49,775 bases of DNA, from assembly GCA_000320545.1 (NCBI GenBank), contig ADNK01001663.1, forward strand, positions 1 through 49,775. Reading direction: 5' to 3'. The position numbers and the translations under genes are program-made. Every line of letters begins with the position of its first letter. Position 1 is the first letter of the stretch. This stretch comes from Bigelowiella natans CCMP2755 (taxonomy: Eukaryota > Protista > Cercozoa). Below are positions 24,690 to 36,899 of this stretch, in pieces. Below the pieces are notes generated by a model that ran no database searches, was not told the DNA's origin, and was given only the letters and a program-made list of their open reading frames with translations.

Positions 24690-26013
24690 TACTGCTCCCG
24701 GCCATATTTCGATTCGTTCTCTCGATGGCGGACGCGCCGAAGTGGAACTGGCTGGGACGACGGATGCGCGTTCTCCGAGCCGCAGCTCGCAGTATTCGTT
24801 TTGGGCTGTTGACTCCCCCAGAGCTTGCGCGCTTCATATGCAGTTTCGCCAGGATGGCGGGCTTCCTGCTGGTGGTGGAAGAGGGGGGGGGGGGGGGGGC
24901 ATATCCCATGCCCACGCTCCTTTCCCTTCGCGTCAGCGGTGGAGTTATTGCCATCCTTTTCTTCCTCGTTTTGCTTCTTGGCCCTCCGCTCCGCGTCCTC
25001 CTCATCTTCCTTCGGCAGCTTTTTGCGCTCGATCTTGCTGCTTTTGCGGGTGGCGTAGTAGTCCTTCAGCAGCTCATCGAGGCCGAACAAGAAGAACTCG
25101 AAGCCCCCACTGGCTTTCTCCAGCCACGAGTCCAGCAAAGGCGCCTCCGGCTGCTCCGCGTGCGCATTTTGCGTCGCAGGTCGATGCGGCTCCTCTCGTC
25201 GTCGATCCTCCTCCTCTTCCTCCCTGACCTTGCTATCAGCTTCGCCGCTTCCGCTATCGTCGCCGCTGACGCGGTCCGAGCGCGTGCTGCCGCTTCTGCG
25301 GCGTGGGCTCGGGGGCGATGCTGGCCGTGCAGCCGCCGCTGCGGCCGACGCGGACTTAATCTCTTGGTCTTGAATCATGTTCAGCATGGGCTTCCGCACC
25401 TCGAAGAACGTCGAGTAGATCACCGACCGGAACCACGGCGGGAGCAACGGGGAGAACATGCACTTCCTTCCCTTGGCGGCGGCCGCCAGCAGCCGCACGA
25501 TCTCGACCGACCGGGAGAACTCGCGGCACCTCGCGACGAGGCCGTTGTACTTGAAGCAGAGGGCCACGAACATCTTCTCGAAGCGGTGAGCTTTGCTGGT
25601 GGATATCAGCTTCCTGGCTGTGACGCCGCCCCCGAGTTCCGCAAGGCACATCTGGAACAGCAACCCGAAGCAGATCACCGGGCTATCAAGCGATGCGATC
25701 CTTTGGGGGCGGGGGCGCGCGGGCGGTGATGAGGCGGGGCCGTTTGACGTGGATGCACGCATAGGGGAACTCGTGTTGTCATTGACGCCGCCGGTTCTCG
25801 TTCTAACTGCTTTTGATGGCGAAGAGGGCAGTGGGGATGATGCTGCTGATCGCCCCGCTTCGCCTCTCCCCCCCCCCCCTTCCTTCACAAAGTACGGCGT
25901 CTCCGAGCTAACCCAGTCGAGGATGAAGTTATCCCTTCCCCGGGCGACGGATTTCGGGGGTAGTTTGAAGATCGGCAAGTTGACGAAGCGCTGCCAGAAC
26001 TCTGCGTCCTCCT

Positions 26014-26057
<44 letters not shown>

Positions 26058-26087
26058 CAAGCGTATCATCCGTATTACTTTCTTCAA

Positions 26088-26119
<32 letters not shown>

Positions 26120-27245
26120 TCACACACACCTACGAACACTTGATATAAACATAAATATAAATATACACACACAAACACGCGCATATAAACAGGCATCACC
26201 TGGCTGATGATCTGTTTGGAGCTGCGTGCGTGAGCGTCCATGAGTCGCAGTACAGAGTTGCGGATCGCCGAGGCTGATGGGGAGGGCAGCTTAGTCTGCA
26301 GAAGAGGTTCCACCATCCGCTTTTGACTGTCACTTTCGATGCTTTCACTGCTGTTATTGCCCTGCACCATTTCCGCCCCTCCTCCCTCCCCCTGTTCTTT
26401 TTGCGCCAACGAGCTGCTGCTTGAAGGGGGTAGCTCTAACTCGAGCCCTGGGCGAAGGAAGAGGTGTCTAAGAGCTTCCGAAAATACCAGTTGCAGATCT
26501 TCTAGCACACGTGCGTTCAAAGCGATATCCTCCTCCTCATCATGATCATCCTCATCGTCGCAGCCGTCGTCGTCTTCGGCGGAATCTTCTTCTCCTTCTT
26601 CTCCTTCCTCCATCCCCCCGCCATAGCCGCCACGATCCTTTCCGTCGTCATCTTGCGGCTCGGCGTCGTTCTCTCCGCCCCCGTCCTTATTCTCCGCCCG
26701 GAGGAAACGGCCTGCGCCCTTATCCCCACCCCCCAACGCCGCGACGCTCCCCTGCCTACGGGGTCGGTGGCGGCGGCGGCAACGGCGGCTGGGGGACAGA
26801 TGGTACTGGTGCTCGAGGATCGAGAGCTCAGTGAGGCAGCGGTCTTGCCCAACACTGCAGGCTTCAGTGTGCATCTGCAGCCAATTCTCGAGGGTGAGGA
26901 ACCCATGGTGACAGCGGCCAACTCCCTTGGCGTAGTGTTTCAGGATGGCGGTTGCCGCCTCCAATGCGGGGCCCCAGCTTGCCTCGTTCGTCGCGCCGCC
27001 GGAGGAGCATGCGAGCCGGAATTGCGCGCACTCGCGCCGCGACATGCACCACTCCCACCCGCCGCCGCCGGTGCCGCATCCGCGGCGCGTGATGGCAGCG
27101 GACGAGGTGGCGAGGAAGACCCTCTTCTTCGTCTCCTTCGCGTCGAGATTGTGCTGGTGGAAGGAAGCATGGAGCTTGCCTGCCCCCCCCCCCCCAACCA
27201 CTACCTTGTATTCGTGAGAGAGCACCTGCAGAGGGGATGATTGCA

Positions 27246-27283
<38 letters not shown>

Positions 27284-30082
27284 CATAGCGGGCATTGTAA
27301 TTATGTTCCTCGGTTAACATGCGGAGAGAGGGGAAGGGGAGGGGGGGAAAAGAAGGGCGTCGATCATTTCAGGCCCGCGAACATACCTTTCTTCTTGACG
27401 CGAAAGCATAGAATAGGTCGGTGTACACCCTCTTTGCGAGCGGAGTTAATTGCGCGTGGCCTGTCTTATCGGCGCACAATAGCTGTCGCTCTTGCCGCAG
27501 CATAGTCAACGCTCCTTGAAGCTCCCCCCCCCCTTTTCCTCGTAGAAATATCCCAGTTGGCAGACCAGGGCGGCGGCTGCTGCTGCTGCTGCTTGTGACA
27601 GGATACGACAAGGGGAATGGAGAGGAGGAGGTGGAGGAGAAAAGGAATGGGGAAGAGGACAAAGACTTTTCTGAGGCGGCGATCTTTTCGCTGCTTCTTC
27701 GTCCTGTTCTCTTCCTCCTCCTCTCCTCCGCCCTCTTAATCCGTGCCGCCGCCGCAGCGGCAGCCTGTTCCAACTGGTTCTCGCAGACCTCGCTGAAGCG
27801 GCAGATGAGGGAGAGCAAGGACGAGAGGATCGCCCGCAGCTCCCCAGCGGCCGGCCTGACGATTTTCATCACGCGGTAGAGCTGGGGGAGGACATATCCG
27901 ACGGAGCGCCTGAACCCCGCCCTTGCTGCGAGAAAGGCAGCAGAACGCCTGTGCCTTCTCGCAGTGTCATCGACGGCGACGTCCTCTTTCCCCTCCACGG
28001 ACAGCTGTTCCTTTTTCCTCTTCTCCTCCGTTACTTCCTGGTCTTTCTCCTGCTGCTGCCGCTCAGCAGCCGCAGCCTCTCTCAATATCTCGTCGCCGAA
28101 CTCCAGGGCGAGCGAGGTGGCCTTGAAGAACGCCTCCACCGACCGCTGGTGGTAGGGGCTTTTCGGTGGGGGGGTGGGCATGGACGAGGCGGTTCGCCGC
28201 GAGCTGCGCCAATACTGAATCTTTTGGAAGAGATGCGTCTCAATGTTGGTATATGCGTTCTTTAGGTAAAGGTTGAGCAGCAACAAAACGCACTCTCTAG
28301 CCCGCCTTTGCTGCCGAAGAGGCGTCTCTTTTTCTACACAATCCGCTTCGCTCCGCCTCCCCTGGCCACGCCCCCCCTCTATCTCTCCACTGGTGTTCTG
28401 GTCCTTGCGCTTGCTGCTGTACCGAACAAGGGCAAGGGCTGATGTGATCGCCTTGACCGTGGCCTCGGAGCTAATCTCCTTGTCATCGTCAGTCATGAAG
28501 GCGACAGATACTGCCGTACCGGAGCTTATTCTGTGGAGATAATCTCGCAGCCGCTCTACAACGACCATGCGCAGGGCGCTGGTCTTGTTCGCAGCTGCGT
28601 CGCTCATTGAAGGCGGCGGAGTCGCTGTCCTGCCGCCCCCCCTCCCCGTCGTCAGTAGCCGCAGATTCGACGTGAGGAACTGAAAGCGCGCCTCCCAGCT
28701 CCCCCACAATATATCAAACCCAGGTAGCGTCGCGAGGGTGCACGACCTGGCGACTCGGGCCCCGTAGTATGGTAGCTGCGGTGACTGCTGCTGCTGCTGC
28801 TGCTTATGCTCGCATCCGAAGCGGTCTCGCGCAGGGATGACGCGCTCCCATATATGCTTTATCACGTCGGCGAGCTCCGAAATGAAGCCCTTCTCGCTCA
28901 TCGGGACCCCAAGGTGCGCCAGCGACCTGAAGTAACTACCCAAGAGATCTAGCACCTGGAATCGTTAGGTCATGTGGATGAGAAGTTGTTCGTGATGTTA
29001 GGGGGGGGGGGGTTGGGGGGGGGGTAGGATGAGGATGGAATGCGTAAGTTCGCACATCAAGAAAACCAGCAAAGAAACGAGGAGAAACAGACCAAAACTC
29101 TCTTTAAAAAAAATAATCAAGCCCCATCATCATCCCCATCGCCTTTTGAATTCACTAGCTTACTACCATTGCGAGTAATGCTCCGCCTGTGTCCTGCTTA
29201 GGACCGAGAGAAATCGCCTTCTCGAGCACGCGCGTCATCATCTTGACTTGCGCGACTACGCTCTTCTGCGATGTTGACAAGCATTCTAATCTCTGGCAGA
29301 TCGTCTTCGCTGCCTCTATTGCCGATATCCTGCCGTGTTTACGATCGTCGCCATTGCCGTTGCCGTTGCCGTTCATCCCCCCCTCTTCCAGCCTCCCGCC
29401 CTTCTCAAGGCTAATACTGCCAGGAAGGGAAGTTGGGGAGGAGGAGGAGGAGGAGGAGGAGGCTTCTTCCTCGCCATCGCCGTGGAACATTTTGTAGAGT
29501 GGCCATTGCGTAACTGTACCGTGCTGGGAGAGGGCTAGAATTGCGTTCGTCGCAGGGGAGTAGGCGAGGGTGGACGCATCGGTCGCCACGATGTGGTCCT
29601 GAAGGTGAACGCCGGTCCTGACGTCGTAAACCTTGATAAGCTTCCGCTCCGTCGTGTCGCCAAAATCCCCCCCGGCGGCGCTACCCTTCTTCCCCCCCCC
29701 CTTGACCCCCTGCTCACCGCTGCCGCTGCCCCCGGCCTTCTTGGAGGCGGCGGCGGCGGCGGCGCCCTTGGCGGCCGTGTGGGTGTTGCGCGCCGCGACG
29801 CGCTCGGAGGGGAGCTCAACCCACTCGTCCCAGCGCGAGTTCCAGCCGTGGTAATGGACGAACATGCGCCGGTTCGCGTGCAGCTTGAGGATGTCCGCCT
29901 CGTACCACTTTCCGTACTTATCGCGCACGTCCACGACGTCGCCGACCGCGTAGGGCATCGTCGGCTGCTGCGTGTTCTTGAGCTCCAATTCCGTGCGGGT
30001 GAGCACGACCAGGCGGCTGCCGCACAAGGCCACCGAGCCCTGCATGGCGTCCAGGGTCATCATGCCGCTGTCGAATGCTGGC

Positions 30083-30119
<37 letters not shown>

Positions 30120-30652
30120 CGGAGGAGTAGGGGGGTGGCCGGGCTTGTGGCGGCGATGAACCCACGCCTTCTGACGATGTCACCTTGATTATTTTTTTTC
30201 CAGGGTGGGGAGGGATACGAAAGTTAGTGTTCGGAAAGTTGGTCAGATCCGAGTCTAATGAAGGGCCGATTAGCTTTATTATCGATCATCGCCCGGGGGC
30301 GCTCAGCTTGATGAAATGCAATCAGAGTCAAACGAACATCGATGCTAGCCTACTCACTACCTTAGCGTCGCTGGCCTCGTGAGTATCCTTGATGGTGTCG
30401 TTTATGATCGGCTCTATGCGTATTTTCCTGCTGCTGCTGCCGCCCATGTGGGAGGAAGAGCTTCCAAACCGATCCATAATGTAGCATGAATGGCAGAGCA
30501 GGGATCCTCCTGATGATGGTGCATTGGGTGAGGCGGCGTCGGTGGTGGTAAGAGAACTGTTGCGGCGTGAGACAGTCGTATATTCCCAGCCACGCATATT
30601 TAGTATCATCGCAGATTTACTCTCTCGCCCTCTCTCTCTCTCTCCCTCCCTC

Positions 30653-30688
<36 letters not shown>

Positions 30689-33543
30689 AAAGATCGTTTT
30701 CTCCCTCATCATACCCTTTTTTGCAGCAGCTGCTGCCGCTGGTGATGGAGGTCCTGCTGCGCTGGGGTTCGCGCAGTCATCATCCAGGCAACGGTATACT
30801 GTCCTATGAGCGGTTAGGACGGAGGAACATCCTTCGCACACACGGAGTCTTTTTTTGGAGGCTGGGGAGGACGAAGAGGAGGAGGAGGAGGAGGAGGAGG
30901 AAATACTTCCTATAGACGGAGATTTTGCTTTCTGTTTTGACATCGTTGTGCTGCCGCCATCGGTGCTGTTGTTGTTGCTGTTGTTGTCGCTGTTGCTGCT
31001 GCTGTCCTCCGCAAACCCCCGCGCCCCCGCTGCATACCCATTCTGCAAAGGGCAGGAACTGACAAGTGGAAAGATGTGGCTGGACGAGGAGATATTCATT
31101 TTGAGCGACGCCAGGTATGTATCCGCGCTGAGAACTGAAGAGGGGAGGGGGGCACTATCACCTTCCTCTCCTCCCCCATTCTCCTTCTTCCGCTCGGGTG
31201 CTGGCCGAGCATTGATAGCAGTGATGAGGGTTTGGCCGTCCTTTGCAGCAGCGCTACTAAATATCGGAAGGCACTCCCCCCCAAGCTTGATCCTGAGAGC
31301 AGTAGCACGGCTCGTGGCTTTGCTATTTTTACCCCGGTGACCCTCTTTACTGTCCTCGCCCCCCCTCTCCCAGTCACCATCTGCCTTCGGATTGAATACG
31401 AAGCCGCTCTCGTGGAACTCAAGGGTAGCGCAGTACTTCTGCCGCCTCGATGGCGATGAGGGGGGGGAGAAGTGGTGGGTGGCGGCCTGGCAACGGACTG
31501 TACATCTATCGCCGAATCGCCAATTGCTCAGGAAACAGTCCCTCGCCGCGCTCAGCACCGCGCGGTTGATATCGCCCCTCTCCCTACTTCTCGATGACGA
31601 CGTAGTAGCGGCGCTTTGGATAGAATACCAGTCCTTCTCTCCCACCTCATACTCGAGATCCCAAGCTGCCGCGCAATCCTCCTGCGAGGGGAGGCAGGCT
31701 GGATGACGCGGGGAGGGGCTGGCAGGGTTGTCTTCATGGAGCACGAGGCGTGCTCCCTCTACGATGTCGAGCGTTTCTGCATCGATGAGCAGCAGCTCGC
31801 TCGGCGGCAGGAACGGCGTCCTGAGTGCGAGATGCTGCCCCCCCACACAGGCTATCGAGCCCCCCGCATGAACAATAAATTCCTTGCGACAACGATAAAC
31901 CTTTCCAAACACTGTGGGGGGTGAGAGAGGGGGGGGGGTGGAGGGGGAGGTATCTCCGCTCCCAATTCCAAGCTTGACAAGGCCGTGCTGCCGGGAAAGA
32001 ATGTACATAAAGCGGCCGTCGGAATCGCACGCCGCACTAGGTCGGATTGGTAAATGACCTTGGCAGTGCAGGCATGGAAGCGGCGTGGATCCTGTCCCCT
32101 CCCTCCCGAAAGCAGCAGCTGCTGCGGCGCGCAGCGCCCCGGGAATGGTATACGTGAAGTTGATCTCAGGCCCAAGCCGCTTGCTCACGACGAGCTCGGT
32201 GATGTGCGATGTGTTGCCCACGCGGCGAAAGAAAAGGCCGCTCTTGACCTTCTCATACTGCCGCTGCCACCTGAGGAGGAAATCGCCTAGGGAGGACGAG
32301 GGGAATTCGAGCTCCGGGTTGGAGATAAGGTACATCAGTGCGTTAAGTATATGCTCCATTGACCCACAGCCAAGCCAAAGTCTAATAACATGCCCGGCCT
32401 CCGGCGGTGACGATGATGATGATGATGACGATGATGACGGTGACGATATCATTGGAGCCGCATACGAGCCCGACCTTTTCGCATCAGCTTGCAGCAGCTC
32501 CCGGCGACGCCTCCCTGTCTTGATGTAAAGCCGCGCAATCTGGTCGAAAATGTGATGCTCCTCCGCGGGGAGGAAGGTCGTCATCGGTTGCATACTCTCC
32601 ACAAAGTTGCCCAGATATTGTAGGAAGGGGTTTGAGGGGTCTGGCGTATCACCCAGCTGCTCTAAGCACGCCCCCATCGCTTGGATTGCGAAGCTTAGCG
32701 GCTTCGAGGAAGATGGAGAGGATGAGGAAGAGAGCTGCGAGCGGCCGCCTTCCTCTGATTGAAATGCCCTCTTGAACGGGAATTCTACCCTCCCGCTCCC
32801 CGTTCTTCTATCGTTGGAACTGGTGAGACGCAACGAGACTCGCTTGGACTCAGAGAGATTTATCCGCCGCTTTACTAAGATCCGCATGCACCGGGTTCGA
32901 GATCGCATCCGCGAGGCGTGGGGTTTAGCCGGGTATAGTGCCTTGGAGTTTTCAGAGAGGATGGCTGTAGAAGTCTGTGCAACCATTACTTTCCCCTCCC
33001 CCCGAGCCGCTATGACCTTCTTACAGCAATCCTGCGTCCGGGGAAGGGACTGGCAGCGGCCCGGGCCCTCCGCCCCACAGTCACAAAAGAATGAGGAGTA
33101 ATGCTCCTCAGAAAGATCATGACCTGCATGGCAGGTTTCGGCACAGACCTGACATACCCCACGGTCGTTTGTGAGACCACAGGTAAAGCATTCCATCCAG
33201 ATCTGGGGCATGTGACGCTTCTCCGTGTGGCCTAGCATTTGGAAGGGTGCAAAGAGCAAGGGGGGTAAGGGGGAGGGGGAGGGGGTGAGGTCGGGGAATT
33301 TGAATCCAGTCATTGAGCTATCACCCTAAAATGTTTGGAAGAACACTCACAGTATGTGCATCGTTGGGTGTCGGCGAGGCGAATTTGATTCGGCTGAAAC
33401 GAGGACTCAATTGCAGCTGGATTCTTGCAAGCATCCACTAAGAGCTGCGAGCAGACCCCAACATCCTCTAAGAGCTCAGGTGCAACTACGGCATCAAAGC
33501 CATAGTGGACTGGCTTCTTGGCGAAGAGATCGTGCCTTGACAT
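13284..33543 (-). CDS. Giant HECT E3 ubiquitin ligase (~6,170 aa) with UBR-box, ZZ finger, three Tudor-knot/chromo-barrel-like domains, UBA and C-terminal HECT
   Basis: Ten exons: 33543-33351, 33231-30715, 30509-30361, 30183-29164, 28955-27387, 27225-26200, 26011-23772, 23562-23013, 22759-14080, 13847-13284. Phases are consistent apart from one extra base in the G17 run at 24883-24899. UBR-box CTY|CHTEK...WMECFTCGL...GVCQVCAETCHAGH...FFCDCGA. HECT motifs GLPGPFRQSL, FGQLLGIMVR, FWRVLESFSEEEKSKYLQFSWARSRLP and LPTAETCFFNVNLPSYSS with the catalytic Cys. Confidence 0.9.
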
Positions 33544-33544
33544 C

Positions 33545-34635
33545 CGACAACCGAAAGGACCACCCGCAAGCTCCCTAATAACAATACAACAAAAGTAATT
33601 CGTGGTTCCCAGGGGGAGATTGGTTTCGGAGACATTTTCCTGCTCTAATTCGATACTTTATCGTTGACTAGGGTATGCTTTTCATGGTAATTTTCACTTC
33701 TTCCGGTTACCTCCGTAAAGACGGGATCACTCACATGAAACATAAAACGTGGTGGGAATCATTAAGTCTTCCGCAGCCTGTTCGGGCACTTCTACTCTAT
33801 TTTTTTCACTGTTCATAATTACTGATGATGAGATGTTCAAAGCTATACCTACCCCTTTTCAATGCCAGTGGCGGGCACGGAGAGAGGGAGTAAACGATGC
33901 GGGTCCTTCGTCGAAGCGGCTGTTGTTAAGAGGTTGGAGTTGTCGTCAGATCGAAAGCTTGACGGTTCAAGCATGCGAAACTATTATATTTTTGTGCGTT
34001 GATGCACAATTCTGTATGTCTCGATTGTTTTAAGGTCTGCAATCTAGAAAATCAGGCAGATCACCATGGCCTTACGAGCAGATTCCGGCGTTGAGGGATC
34101 GGGGAATGGGGAAACACTGGTGATTTCCAGGATTTCTTGTGTAAAAGGAGCTAATTTCACATGATGTAATGCCATAATCTATTGCAGTCGTCAGTCGAAA
34201 AACCCAGCTATTCTGGAACTAGAAAGAATCATCACATTTTATGTCTTTCACCTACAGTGTGCAAATTCTCTTGAACTGTTTATAGATTATTTTTACTTAA
34301 TAATAGCAAAAATTTAAGTCGCTTGTAACAATTGGGTTTGCGTATTAAATCCTCAAGCCCATGTAGATCTTAACCTCCAAGGAGCTTGACGTTCCGCGAA
34401 TGTTCGTGCCTCGTGCCGACCACAGAACAGTCTCAGCAATGTTGAAAATCTTGACATAAATTATCAGAAATATATGGCTTCAGAAGTCATCTGTATTTCA
34501 GTGCTTGCCAGCGTGCATTCGTTTAGCCTACGTATTGATCAATTGTTGAATACACCTCCAAACATCCTATCATATTTACCAGATTACCATCTGGAATCCT
34601 GAGGGTATCACAGCCAGGCCTTCCCTTATCTATCG
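33545..34635. promoter_or_regulatory. Putative divergent promoter region between the HECT gene (-) and the SDR39U1-like gene (+)
   Basis: Head-to-head gene arrangement ~1.1 kb apart. No specific motif identified; extra 5' exons of the plus-strand gene may lie here. Confidence 0.35.
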
Positions 34636-36771
34636 ATGTCTACACCAAGTCTGAGACGTGTCATCCTCGCGGGTGGCCGTGGGTTTCTTGGCAATGCAAT
34701 CAAGAAGCAGTTATCCATAGCTGGCTACAAAGTATACTGACTTCAATCCGTTCTTCTCAGTCTATAAGTAGTATACCTAATATTTACAAGGTGACTCTTG
34801 TCTCACGGAAGGCTGGGGAGGAGGATACGATATCCTGGGAGAGTTTGGAAAATGAAGGACTGCCCGAAACCGATGTAGTCATAAATCTTGCAGGAGCGCC
34901 AATCCTGGATCTTGCTAAACCATGGACGAAGAAGTACGTGGGCATGTGGGCTAAATAACATCATGCTCTCTAATTTACAAAATCTTATATATGATTATGT
35001 GAAGGTACGAGCAGGAATGTGTTGACTCGAGGGTTAAGACTACACAGTAAAGTCCCGCGTTTGCTACCCCCAAGAAAGGGATTTTGTTGTAATTCTTGTC
35101 TAAATTCAGAACTCTTGCAAAACTGGCTGCGGAATCGAAGAAAAAACCGGAGGTAAAAACTCAGACGCGTAACGATGTGCACGTTATGTTGATTTCCTTT
35201 TGAATTGATTAAAGGTTTTTATTGCAACCTCTGCGGTTGGATACTACCCGACGTCCCTTACAGCCAAGTATGTCGAGAATATTGCGTCTATGTACATTGA
35301 GAGCAGAGCTAGAAACGACTGAAAACCGTCGTTGTGGTTGCGCAGGTATACCGAAGATTACATTTCAAGTGCGAGTCTCGATGGCTGGGCGGCTGGCCTC
35401 TGCCACAAAATTGAAGATGCTAGTGCGCCTGCTGTATGATAAACAACTCCTCATTAGATATTACACCCCGACTCCTTGCAGATTAACGCGTTTCCGCGAT
35501 CAATTCTTGAAAGAAAAACTAGAATGTTTTTCCTTTGTGGGTATCGATCTGACACCCGGAGTCATGTCAGTGCGGAAAAATTTTCCTCATTTTTTCGATA
35601 CATGTTCTCTCTCTTTTTCTTCAGTCTGAAGCTGGTATACGGACTGTGCAAATGCGCATGGGCGTCATAATGGGACGGGGTAACAGCTTGAAATCGAGAA
35701 TGATGAAAGCTAGACTCATGCATGTTGATGGAGGCGATATATTATGAACTCTTGAATCGTGTGAGTGCAGCAATTGGTAAGATAGGTTTTGATGTTTTGA
35801 TGAAACTTAGGAGGCGGTGCTTATGCGAACATGAAGTTGCCTCTTCGTCTTGGTGTAGGTATGTTAGCAGATTCGATTTTATATGATTTACAAAAGCATT
35901 TCACGTTCTCATCTGGGGACTTACTCTCAATAAAATACGGTGTGTGTTTTTCTGAGGCGGTCCTTTTGGCGACGGAAAGCAATGGTAGCTGAGCACGTTT
36001 ATTTGTCTCCTTGATTTCAGTATTCAGATTATATACTCGACGATACTCTTTCCGCGCGTTGTTTGCAGGTTTCCCTGGATCCATTTGGATGATGCAGCGG
36101 GATTGTATCAATTCGCAGCGGAGGAGAAGAAGGTGGGTAAGGAATCAAAAAATAGAACACCGGGCCTTGCATTTGCTACAATTCAAGTAATCGCTATAAA
36201 CGATAAGTAATCATGCATGTGGATAAACAAGGTTTCTGGACCTTTGAATGCTGTTTCGCCACATTGTGTCTCTAACGGTAAGCCAAATGCGGTATTGAAG
36301 TTGTCGATCCGAAGACTGTGTGAGAGAGTCTGAAGGTACACGCAACAATCAAAAAGGTTCTTTCATGACCCAGATTGCTCATGCATGGTGGCGGCCAGCA
36401 ATTTTCGCGGTGAGCTTGAAGCCAAATCTAGAATATTTAACCAAAACAGAAAAATTACAATATATAGCAACAATCGATTCGTGACCGTTTCTAGGTTCCC
36501 GCATTTCTTCTAAACCTGATTGGGAAGGAACGAGCGGCGATGCTTCTTGAGGGCCAGCACGTGGTAGGAAAGTCCAGACTAGAAAATCGGAAAGGAGGGG
36601 AAAGGAAGGACTAACTACTATCTCTCACATCGATTATTTTTGCGCGGAAAGTTGATGTTACTATTATATTTTGCTGCATAGATTCCTCGTAAAGCAATCG
36701 ACTTGGGATACCATTTCAAATTCCCATATGTTGACCAAGCGTGCAATGAAATTGTTAACGGGGCAGACTAA
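34636..36771 (+). CDS. SDR39U1: Epimerase family protein, SDR39U1/TIGR01777-like (NAD(P)-binding Rossmann fold), many short exons
   Basis: Spliced motifs RRVILAGGRGFLG, DVVINLAGAPI, SRVKTT, VFIATSAVGYYP, RMGVIMGR|GGGA, GGPFGDGKQW|FPWIHLDD, GPLNAVSP, RPAIFA|VPAFLL, LLEGQHV|IPRKAIDLGYHFKFP. Stop codon at 36769-36771. An N-terminal extension is possible. Confidence 0.88.
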
Positions 36772-36899
36772 TATGATGGTAGTAGGCGGTTGGCAGTAGC
36801 GGGAAAAGCACGCAGACTCGCTAGTTTTGGTCTAGTTTCTATTCCGCTGAGCGCATCCGGCTCATAGTCACACAAATACATCGACGCAGGGACAACATA

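Noticed and set aside
24488-25729. 413-aa plus-strand ORF
   Set aside because: Antisense shadow of a GC-rich HECT exon. Low complexity, with no independent motif.
34066-34540. Possible upstream exons giving SDR39U1 a targeting peptide
   Set aside because: The obvious splice join runs into an in-frame TGA at 34600; no consistent model without RNA data.
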